Shown in pieces: positions 29,712-37,621 of a stretch of 64,000 bases of DNA (the first letter of the stretch is position 1; each line of letters starts with the position of its first letter). The notes beneath the pieces were generated by a model. It did not search any database. It was not told the origin of the DNA and worked only from the letters and a program-made list of their open reading frames with translations. Position numbers and translations under genes: made by a program. The DNA comes from Alphaproteobacteria bacterium (GTDB lineage: Bacteria > Pseudomonadota > Alphaproteobacteria > GM7ARS4 > G965262615). The stretch spans positions 800,001-864,000 of the forward strand of contig OZ253545.1 of assembly GCA_965262615.1 (NCBI GenBank). Direction: 5' to 3'.

Positions 29712-30295
29712 GCGAGAGCCTCGCCTTGTCGCATTTTTTCTGTAAAAGATTGCTGAAAGCGAATTTCTTCACTGTACATTTTTGCCTCTTTTTCATTGCA
29801 TCCATAGGCTTTGAAAATATCTTCATACTCAATGGGGATAGAACTGCCGTGAGGGTCTTGCCATTCGGGAATTTTTTTGGAGTTGTGGGTGTAGTCAGAG
29901 AGTTGTTGGGCGGTCATAGAGCCAAACCGATTCCATACATCTTCCATAATGTCGTGATCAACTTGAGCCAATCTTCCCAAATTTTTTCTCATGACGGGTT
30001 TATTGTCTTTGATTTTGATATCAAATGTATTGGCAGCATCAATCCATTCCAGCCAATCTTTTTGTGTTGGGTTTGTTTTGCCCGCCAGCAAATCATAGGT
30101 GTGTGACAAAACAGGACCGAGCGGCAAAGAATACATCGTGTCATCACAGATGGTCTCTCCATGCTTGCCAATGCATTCTCGCTCGGACAAATACAACAGC
30201 TTGATGAGTTTCATGACGCTCATCTTGTCGCCCTTCGCACGATTTTGATCAAGGAAGAACAAAATCATGTGGGTGGCGGTTCGTTCGCAATACAT
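29708..30295 (-). CDS. Panacea-domain (DUF4065/SocA-like) antitoxin, copy 1
   Basis: Same motifs as copy 2; AGGAG SD upstream of ATG 30295. Confidence 0.88.
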   Translation of the reverse strand: MYCERTATHMILFFLDQNRAKGDKMSVMKLIKLLYLSERECIGKHGETICDDTMYSLPLGPVLSHTYDLLAGKTNPTQKDWLEWIDAANTFDIKIKDNKPVMRKNLGRLAQVDHDIMEDVWNRFGSMTAQQLSDYTHNSKKIPEWQDPHGSSIPIEYEDIFKAYGCNEKEAKMYSEEIRFQQSFTEKMRQGEALA

Positions 30296-30320
30296 TATTA
30301 TGTCTCCTGTGTTATCTACG

Positions 30321-30349
30321 AATATAATATCAGCGAGTGTGTTTTGCAA
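30321..30349 (-). promoter_or_regulatory. Sigma70-like promoter of TA cassette 1
   Basis: TTGCAA-N17-TATATT immediately downstream of tRNA-Val. Confidence 0.65.
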
Positions 30350-30355
30350 CAACGG

Positions 30356-30427
30356 TGGGCGCGGCTGGGATTGAACCAGCGACCCCTACGATGTCAACGT
30401 AGTGCTCTCCCGCTGAGCTACGCGCCC
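30356..30427 (-). tRNA. tRNA-Val (anticodon GAC); CCA not fully encoded (ACCG)
   Basis: GGGCGCG-TAGCTCAGCGGGAGAGCA-CTACG-TTGACAT-CGTAG-GGGTC-GCTGG-TTCAATC-CCAGC-CGCGCCC-A folds as a cloverleaf. Confidence 0.97.
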
Positions 30428-30509
30428 ATGCCTCATCCCTACACATTATCGGCATAAACGGCAAGAGCTGGCTCTTGAGAGACGGCGGCGCGCAAGATAC
30501 AGTAACGCC

Positions 30510-31217
30510 ATGATGCCTCTCACTTCTCACGCATCCACACAAAAGATTTTCACTCGCGTCGCGCCCTATTATGAGCGCATGAATGATGTCATGTCTGGCG
30601 GTTTGCATCGTGTGTGGCGGCGGGTGTTGGTGAATTATTTATTGCGGCATCAGCCGTCTGATTCCATATTGCTGGATGTGGCGGGCGGCGGTGGTGCGGT
30701 GAGTCAGTCTTTTTTAGAATCATTGCCTCAGGGGCATAAGGGCAAAGCGCGCGCCATTGTGTGTGACCACAGTTGGGGCATGATGAAGGAACTGTCACCG
30801 CATCATTCCATTGCCGCCATTGGCGGTGTGGCGGAGCGTTTGCCCATCAAGGATGCATCCATCACCCACTGCTCATGTGCCTACGGATTGCGTAATTTTG
30901 CCGACTATGAAAAATCTTTGCGAGAGATGCGGCGGGTGCTGATGACGGGAGGACGCGTTGCCATCATGGAATTGGGGCGGGTGGATGTGCCGTTGCTCGC
31001 GTCCCTTCACTGTGCCCATGTGAATTATGGCGTGCCGCTGCTGGGACGCGTGATTGCCCATGATGAAGCCAGCTATCGTTATTTGGCACAATCCATCGCG
31101 AATTTTGCCGCGCCGCACGAGGTGATGGCATCCATGGAGTCTGCGGGCTTTGCGGTGATTGGTCACAGGCAATTGCATGGCGGCGCGATCAATTTTTTCT
31201 TTGCCGAGGCGTGGTAG
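30510..31217 (+). CDS. ubiE: Ubiquinone/menaquinone biosynthesis C-methyltransferase
   Basis: F.RVA..Y..MNDVMSGGLHRVW, LDVAGGGG, YGLRN, YRYLAQSI. Confidence 0.88.
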   Translation: MMPLTSHASTQKIFTRVAPYYERMNDVMSGGLHRVWRRVLVNYLLRHQPSDSILLDVAGGGGAVSQSFLESLPQGHKGKARAIVCDHSWGMMKELSPHHSIAAIGGVAERLPIKDASITHCSCAYGLRNFADYEKSLREMRRVLMTGGRVAIMELGRVDVPLLASLHCAHVNYGVPLLGRVIAHDEASYRYLAQSIANFAAPHEVMASMESAGFAVIGHRQLHGGAINFFFAEAW

Positions 31218-32746
31218 GGATGTCTAAAATGAATGTCCTGATGCGCCTGCGGATGGCGCGTGTGGTGTGGATTTTGGCATCATCGGGGGCGCATCGCGTG
31301 GCGCATCAGTTGGGCGCGCCTGCCAGTTTGGTGCGGGTGATGGCGATTCTTTCGTTCACCAAGGATGACCGCCATCAGGGCGAGGCTTTGGGGCGCGCTC
31401 TGGAGCGGATGGGCGCGGGATTCATCAAACTGGGACAGCTGCTTGCCACCCGCAGTGATATTGTGGGCGAGGCGGTGGCGCGCTCGCTTTCTTTTTTGCA
31501 CGATGACCTCAAGCCGCTCAGTCCTGCGCGCGCCAAAAAACAATTGGAAGAGGTTTTGGGCGGTGAGCTCACAGAGCATTTTCGGACCTGTGATGTGCAC
31601 GCGGTCAAGGCGGCATCCATTGCCCAAATTCACAAAGCCACCACCCATGATGGCAAGACGGTTGCCATCAAGCTGCTGCGTCCCAATGTGATGCGGCAGT
31701 TCATGAAGGATTTTAAGCTTTTGCGCGTTCTTGTGAGTTGGATCGAAAAACATCGCCCCGATTTGCGGCAGTTGCGATTGCATCAGGTGCTGGATCATTT
31801 GGAGGTGACCGTTCGCAATGAGCTGGATTTGCGTCTGGAGGCATCGGCGATGGCGATTATTGGGGAGCGGCTCAGGCAAAGCCGTCATCATCGCGTGCCG
31901 CGAGTGTATTGGCAGTGGAATCACGAGAAACTGCTGGTGATGGAATGGATTGATGCCACACGCATGGATGAGGTGACATTGAGCAAAAAGGAGCGCACCG
32001 CCATTGTGACCCACCTCACACGGGCGGTGTTTGGTCAGATTTTCCGAGACGGATTTTTCCATGCGGACATTCATCCGGGCAACATTTTGTTGGATTCACA
32101 AAAGCGCATGGTGTGGCTGGATTTTGGCATCACCGGCGCGCTGGATGAGGAAGAGCGTTTGTTGCTCGCCATGATGATGGATGCTTTTTTTCAGCATGAC
32201 TATGAGCGGGTGGCTCGCTTGCACAAACAGGCGGGGTATGTGTCCATGATGGAATCCACAAAATCGTTTGCCATTGCCATGGAGCGCATTGCCGTTCCGG
32301 TGTTGCACAAGCCTTTGAAGGAGGTGTCCATGGCGCACTGGATTGCCCAAATTCTCAACATCACCGAGAACTTTGCCATGGAGGCACAGCCCCAATTGCT
32401 CATGCTGCAAAAGACACTGTTCCTGCTGGAGAGCCTCGCCCGTATGCTCAATGACGACATGGATTTATGGACGCTAGGGCATGGAGAGGTGACGCAATGG
32501 CTCAAACACCAATCGCCGCGCCAAAGGGTAGAAAGGAATTTGCGGGAGTTGTTGCCAGTGGTGGGACAATTGCCGCGCCAATGGCAGCGTGTGAATCATT
32601 GGTGGCAAGAGATGGAGAAAGACGGGTTACGGCTGCACCATGAGACTGTGAAAGAACTACGCCCAAAGTCGTCACGCGTTGTGCCTTTTGTGTGGTGGCT
32701 GTTGGGGCTTGTGTGTGGCGGTGGTGCTGTGTGGTTATGGGGGTGA
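31211..32746 (+). CDS. ubiB: Ubiquinone biosynthesis kinase-like protein UbiB
   Basis: IKLGQLLATR, AASIAQIH, FFHADIHPGN, DFG, QPQLLMLQKT. Confidence 0.93.
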   Translation: MVGMSKMNVLMRLRMARVVWILASSGAHRVAHQLGAPASLVRVMAILSFTKDDRHQGEALGRALERMGAGFIKLGQLLATRSDIVGEAVARSLSFLHDDLKPLSPARAKKQLEEVLGGELTEHFRTCDVHAVKAASIAQIHKATTHDGKTVAIKLLRPNVMRQFMKDFKLLRVLVSWIEKHRPDLRQLRLHQVLDHLEVTVRNELDLRLEASAMAIIGERLRQSRHHRVPRVYWQWNHEKLLVMEWIDATRMDEVTLSKKERTAIVTHLTRAVFGQIFRDGFFHADIHPGNILLDSQKRMVWLDFGITGALDEEERLLLAMMMDAFFQHDYERVARLHKQAGYVSMMESTKSFAIAMERIAVPVLHKPLKEVSMAHWIAQILNITENFAMEAQPQLLMLQKTLFLLESLARMLNDDMDLWTLGHGEVTQWLKHQSPRQRVERNLRELLPVVGQLPRQWQRVNHWWQEMEKDGLRLHHETVKELRPKSSRVVPFVWWLLGLVCGGGAVWLWG

Positions 32747-33076
32747 TGGAGGCATCAGCTTTTTCACAAACTTTTTCAAATCATCATCGTCAATGACTGA
32801 TGTATCGCCTTTTTTTACCTTTTCCCATTTTTCTTTATCTTTAGATAATTTAATCAGCTTGCACCCTAATGGGGTCAATTGTCTCACCATTATTGAGCTA
32901 GGTGGTTCGTAATCGGACTCAAAATTATCCTTTTCCAAAAGCCCAAAATCAATGAGTTCTCGGAGAATTTTCTTTCTAGTCTCATCAGATTCCAACAAAT
33001 GCACACGACCTTTCGTAAGTTCAAGTTCGTCTTTGTAAAATATTAAATCTTCTACAACGCGTTCAAGTTTTGACAT
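32735..33076 (-). CDS. Hypothetical AT-rich protein, DUF2513-like winged helix
   Basis: L.ELIDFGLL...RQLTPLG..LI....KWEKVKK pattern. Confidence 0.55.
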   Translation of the reverse strand: MSKLERVVEDLIFYKDELELTKGRVHLLESDETRKKILRELIDFGLLEKDNFESDYEPPSSIMVRQLTPLGCKLIKLSKDKEKWEKVKKGDTSVIDDDDLKKFVKKLMPPSPP

Positions 33077-33333
33077 GTCCTATTCCCTCTTTTTTGCTGG
33101 TTTTGATTTTTCCAATATAGCAAAAATTTTCTGCATTGCCAATTTCATTCTATGTTGGCGGATGATGAGACATCTTCCCCCACTGCATCGCCATCGCGCA
33201 CTTGCACACTGCCATAAAAGCCCTCGCCACTGAGAGAGACATTGACATTGGATGCTTCCATCGTGTCGCTCACCCGCAGTCGGAACACATCTTTTGACAC
33301 CCGCACATCCTTGCCATAAGGCGAGAGCAAACA

Positions 33334-33867
33334 TCATTTCAGAATAAGTGTCACCAGAATGCCGCCAAGAAAAACAATCATTCCCACGGCGGCGCGATTG
33401 AAGGCATACAACATCTCATTTTTCGCCTTTTCAATCTTATGATCCATGGCTGCCATGGCTTGCTTGTTTTCAGCCCGCACCTGAGCGATTTGAGTCTCCA
33501 ACTTGGCGATGTCTTCCTTACTGTCAGCTCCCGCATCAGCAATTTTAGTCTCCAACTTGGCGATTTGAGCTTCCAGTTTGGCGATGTCTTCCTTACTGTC
33601 AGCTCTCGCATCAGCAATTTTAGTCTCCAACTTGGCGATTTGAGCTTCCAGTTTGGCGATGTCTTCCTTACTGTCAGCTCTCGCATCAGCAATTTTAGTC
33701 TCCAACTTGGCGATTTGAGCTTCCAGTTTGGCGATGTCTTCCTTGGTGGCAAAGTTATGGGACTGCTCCTTGAGGGTGGCAACATCCACCTTGAGATTCA
33801 CCACATCATCATGCAAGCCATTCGCACCGACATGCTTGGGTTTTTTTTGTTCCGTTTCTATCGTCAT
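33334..33867 (-). CDS. Coiled-coil repeat protein with C-terminal TM anchor (DUF1640/CCDC90-like)
   Basis: ATKEDI motif, three-plus 25-aa repeats, hydrophobic C-terminus. Confidence 0.75.
   Translation of the reverse strand: MTIETEQKKPKHVGANGLHDDVVNLKVDVATLKEQSHNFATKEDIAKLEAQIAKLETKIADARADSKEDIAKLEAQIAKLETKIADARADSKEDIAKLEAQIAKLETKIADAGADSKEDIAKLETQIAQVRAENKQAMAAMDHKIEKAKNEMLYAFNRAAVGMIVFLGGILVTLILK
33494..33744. repeat. 75-bp tandem repeat, ~3.3 copies
   Basis: ctgtcagctc recurs at 33521, 33596 and 33671; unit KEDIAKLEAQIAKLETKIADARADS. Confidence 0.95.
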
Positions 33868-33940
33868 GGTGGTGATCATATGTGCATTGCAAGCGTTTGT
33901 CAATGACAAGACGCTTCCTGACATATCTTTATGGTGAGGC

Positions 33941-35296
33941 TCATGGTTGGGGTGAAAGCGAAGGTGAAAAATCCTCTCCCACTGTCACTAGCAGGGGGGA
34001 TTGACCGAAGACATTGCGCGCCACGCGAGCACAATCCTCAAGGGTAACAGACTCAATCAACGCCCTCCGCTCCGTCAAATAATCCATGCCCAATTGGTGG
34101 TATTGTAGTGTGACGAGAAAGTCTGCCAGTCTGCCTCGTGAGGTGAGTCGCAATGGCAACGCCGCCAGCAGATAATTTTTGGCATCGTCAAGTTCCGTTT
34201 GGCTGATGCCATTGTCGGCAATGAATTTCCATTGGTCGTGAAGCAGGTTTATGGCATCCTGAGCTGTGGCGGTGGAGGTGGCAAGAGAGCCCATCACGAG
34301 TGGCGCGGCGCGCAGTTCGGTGAGCCATGTGCCCACATGATAGACCAGACCCCGTTCCTCGCGCATGGTGTGCATCAGGCGAGAGGAAAACCCGCCGCCT
34401 CCCAACACATGGTTGATAACCTGCAGGACGAAATAATCCTCATGACGGCGCGGCAACCCGGGCACACCAAACACCACCTGACTTTGCGGCGATGGGTGCG
34501 GGACGAAAATCCGCTCCGTTGTCATGGGTGGAGGTTGGGGATTTTCTTTTGACGGTGCAGAATTGGGGAGGTCACCGAACAAATCATCCAAAAGTTTTGC
34601 GGCTTGCTTTTTGTCAATATCCCCGCTCATGCCGATGATGAGATTGTCTTTGGCGAGCCATGCCATGCGAGCGCGCATCATGGCGGGGGTGATGGCGGCG
34701 ATGGATTCCTCATTGCCATCGGTGGGCTCGCCGTAGGGGTGGGGGTCAAAGGCGTTATGATAAAAGGCTTTGGAGGCAATATCTCGCACCCGCTCTTTTT
34801 GCCGTTTGAATGAGGCGAAAAACTGCTCTTTGACGCGAGTCACGGCATCGGCATCAAAGCGCGGCTCGGTCAAAGCCAATCGCACAAGCGCGGCGGTCTC
34901 ATCTCGCTTGTCTGTGAGCATGGTGACCTCGCCGCCGATGGTGTCTCGTCCATTGCCCATAGACCAATTGCTTGCCAGTTCTTCCATTTTTTTCTTGAAG
35001 GTCACGCCGTCCAGCGAGCCCGCCCCTTCATCCAGCAATGCCATGGTGAGCGCGCCCAATCCTGCGGTGTCATCGCGGCGGCTGCCAGCATCGGCGAACA
35101 TGAAGGACACGGTAATCATGGGCAGACTGGAATCCTCAATCAGCCATGCGCGCACACCCTTCTCGCTGGTGACCGCCTGAATGTGCCAATCGGACTTGGC
35201 GGGTGACAAAACAGGTGCCGAGTCACACCCCATCAGCATGACACACAACAACAGACGACACATGAAGTCATGGCGCGGCATCATTGCCAAGCCCAT
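33941..35296 (-). CDS. M16 peptidase family, non-catalytic subunit
   Basis: AWLIED.SLP, LLDEGAG, LGGGGFSSRL..REERGL.Y; no HxxEH. Confidence 0.88.
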   Translation of the reverse strand: MGLAMMPRHDFMCRLLLCVMLMGCDSAPVLSPAKSDWHIQAVTSEKGVRAWLIEDSSLPMITVSFMFADAGSRRDDTAGLGALTMALLDEGAGSLDGVTFKKKMEELASNWSMGNGRDTIGGEVTMLTDKRDETAALVRLALTEPRFDADAVTRVKEQFFASFKRQKERVRDIASKAFYHNAFDPHPYGEPTDGNEESIAAITPAMMRARMAWLAKDNLIIGMSGDIDKKQAAKLLDDLFGDLPNSAPSKENPQPPPMTTERIFVPHPSPQSQVVFGVPGLPRRHEDYFVLQVINHVLGGGGFSSRLMHTMREERGLVYHVGTWLTELRAAPLVMGSLATSTATAQDAINLLHDQWKFIADNGISQTELDDAKNYLLAALPLRLTSRGRLADFLVTLQYHQLGMDYLTERRALIESVTLEDCARVARNVFGQSPLLVTVGEDFSPSLSPQP

Positions 35297-36626
35297 CTAA
35301 AGATTTGTCCAATTGTGCGGTGACATGGGGATTGGTGTCATGCAAAAATGCTGCGGCATCTCGCAGTTGTTCTGTGGTGACATCATTGATGCGTTGGGGA
35401 AATTCCTCCACATCGGCAAGAGTGCCACCGGTCGTCAGAGCAATGCCGAACAGATAGGCGGGCGCCATGAGGCTGTCTTGAGAATAAACGGCTTCCGCCA
35501 GCAGATGCTGGCGCACGCGCTCCATGTCATCAGTGGGGATTGTCTCATTCATGATGGCGCGCCATTGGGAGCGAATGTGGGAATTCAGCTGCTCCAGTGT
35601 GACATCGGCAACGGGGATGACCGACAGCACAATGTCATCATAATCGCGCCCCCATGAATCAAAGGACAATGACACCGACACCGCCACGCCATCATCCACC
35701 ACCCATTGCTCATAAAGGCGAGAGCTTGAGCCGCCGCCCAGATAGTGGGTGAGGATGCTAAAGGCTTCATCGCTTGCTCTGTCCTCATCATGGCGGTGTT
35801 TGGGCAGTCGCCAGTAGTAGCGCAGGGTGGGCTGTTGCACGCGATCATCAGTGAGACGCACGGTGCGCTCGGTAATAATGGGCGGGTCGGTCACGCGTTG
35901 GCGTGGTGTGACGGTGCCGCGCTCAAGGTCGCCGTAGTAAAATTCCGCAAGGCTTTGAGCTTCTTGCAGTGTGATCGCCCCGCTCAAAATCACAATGGCA
36001 TTGTTGGGATGATAATAACGCCGATAAAAATTCGCCACATGGTCGCCATTGAGCCGAGCGATTTCATGCCGCCAACCAATCAATGGCGTGCCGTAGGGAT
36101 GATGATTGTAAAGGCTCGCCGCGGCGGCTTCATGGAGCAGAGCGGAGGGATTGTTATCGGAACGGCTTTTGCGTTCCTCCAAAATGACATTGCGCTCGGT
36201 GAGAATATCCTCATCGCGCAGGCGCAGATTTTTCATGCGGTCGGCTTCCATGCTCATGACATCCCCCAGCTGCGGGCGCGCCACGATTTGAAAATACGCC
36301 GTGTAGTCATAAGAGGTAAAGGCATTGTCGCGCCCGCCGTGCTTGGTGACAAAGCGTGAGAACTCACCCACTTCCAGCGTGTCGGTTGCCTTGAACATGA
36401 GGTGTTCCACAAAGTGGGCGAGCCCGGATTGTCCTTGCGGGTCATCGCCGCCGCCCACTTTGTACCAGATCATGTGACACACCGCGTCCCCTAAATTTTG
36501 TTCAATCACCACCACCCGCAAGCCGTTATCCAGCGTGAAGCTGTGCGGATGAAACACCGCCGCCGATGAAAGCGATGCTGTGGATGTCATGAGTGCCATG
36601 AGATAAAAAACGGCTCGGGCAACCAT
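35268..36626 (-). CDS. M16 (pitrilysin-like) zinc peptidase
   Basis: GLAHFVEHLMFK (HxxEH), NAFTSYDYT, YYHPNNA. Confidence 0.93.
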   Translation of the reverse strand: MVARAVFYLMALMTSTASLSSAAVFHPHSFTLDNGLRVVVIEQNLGDAVCHMIWYKVGGGDDPQGQSGLAHFVEHLMFKATDTLEVGEFSRFVTKHGGRDNAFTSYDYTAYFQIVARPQLGDVMSMEADRMKNLRLRDEDILTERNVILEERKSRSDNNPSALLHEAAAASLYNHHPYGTPLIGWRHEIARLNGDHVANFYRRYYHPNNAIVILSGAITLQEAQSLAEFYYGDLERGTVTPRQRVTDPPIITERTVRLTDDRVQQPTLRYYWRLPKHRHDEDRASDEAFSILTHYLGGGSSSRLYEQWVVDDGVAVSVSLSFDSWGRDYDDIVLSVIPVADVTLEQLNSHIRSQWRAIMNETIPTDDMERVRQHLLAEAVYSQDSLMAPAYLFGIALTTGGTLADVEEFPQRINDVTTEQLRDAAAFLHDTNPHVTAQLDKSLDGLGNDAAP

Positions 36627-36637
36627 CGCGCAACCAT

Positions 36638-37018
36638 TTACGGATTCAACGGCGGTGGCGGCGCGGTGCGACTTTGTGGCGGGTTTGCGCTGCGAGTTGG
36701 CTTGTCATTGGTGTCACTGGTGTTGGGCGCGGGCAGTTTGGTGAGAGATTTCGGCACGGCGGACGATTCCTCTTGGGGGCGCGGCGGTCTTCTTGTTTGC
36801 GCGGATGCTCTTGTTTTTGCTCTTCTCCAAGCGGGTGGTTTTATCAGGGGGCGTTCCAGAAAATCGGGAGGAATGATCAGTGGCGGCGCATTCAAAACGG
36901 CGGCTTCTTGAGCGGTGGGGTTTGCCAAGATGTCGGTGAAGCTCTTGCCGCCGCAACCGCTCATGATGGCGGCGGCAAAGCAAAGCAAAAAATAAGCAGA
37001 GGGAAAATGGCGTGACAT
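36638..37018 (-). CDS. DUF3035-like lipoprotein
   Basis: Lipobox MSGC, APPLIIPPDF; lspA-DUF3035-M16 order. Confidence 0.7.
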   Translation of the reverse strand: MSRHFPSAYFLLCFAAAIMSGCGGKSFTDILANPTAQEAAVLNAPPLIIPPDFLERPLIKPPAWRRAKTRASAQTRRPPRPQEESSAVPKSLTKLPAPNTSDTNDKPTRSANPPQSRTAPPPPLNP

Positions 37019-37043
37019 GATGATTGTCTTACTATGGAGCATT

Positions 37044-37196
37044 ATGGCACTGAAGACAAGTCTTTAGCAAGTCTTGGGCGGCGGTGACAGCAAATAAAGA
37101 ATGACACCAAAGGTGATGACACTGAAGACAAGTCTTTAGCGAGTCTTGGGTGGCGGTGACAGCAAATAAAGAATGACACCAAAGGTGATGGCACTG
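37044..37196. repeat. 72-bp tandem duplication of the lspA 3' end
   Basis: Units start at 37044 and 37116; atggcactg microhomology at 37044 and 37188. Confidence 0.93.
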
Positions 37197-37621
37197 TCGG
37201 CGATATTGAATGTGTAAAAATGCCATCCTGCGAAATGGACATCCAGAAAGTCAATGACAGCCCCGTTGAGCAGGCGATCCAATCCATTGGACAAGCCACC
37301 GCCGCCGATTGCCGCCAGCGCAATGGTGCGCAGGTGCGTCTGTTCAAACAGGGCAATGGTGATGAACGCCCCGCCGATGATGAAACTCACCCCCGCCATC
37401 ATCAAGGGTGACACCGCCGCCTCCGACAAAATGCCAAAGGCAATGCCCTCATTATAAACCAGCACAATGTTCAAAAAAGGCGTGAGCATGAAAGGTCCCC
37501 CCGTGGCAATGAGAGCTTTGACCAGCACCTTAGAGACCGAATCCAAAACCACAATAACGATGGAAACCGAAAACGCCAGAATATGCCGCAACAAACGGCG
37601 GGTTCGTTGCCTATCAACCAT
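37136..37621 (-). CDS. lspA: Lipoprotein signal peptidase II
   Basis: N.GIAFG, GGLSN.LDR, VIDFL, FNIADSAI. Confidence 0.93.
   Translation of the reverse strand: MVDRQRTRRLLRHILAFSVSIVIVVLDSVSKVLVKALIATGGPFMLTPFLNIVLVYNEGIAFGILSEAAVSPLMMAGVSFIIGGAFITIALFEQTHLRTIALAAIGGGGLSNGLDRLLNGAVIDFLDVHFAGWHFYTFNIADSAITFGVILYLLSPPPKTR

Noticed and set aside
33080-33337. Small ORFs 33080-33337 and 33145-33330
   Set aside because: Two overlapping candidates with no motif; the faint likeness to the M16 peptidase C-terminus (VGEDVSSS versus VGEDFSPS) is too weak to call.
9412-33930. Prophage, IS or integrative element explaining the accessory islets
   Set aside because: No integrase, transposase or phage structural gene was recognised anywhere in the window.
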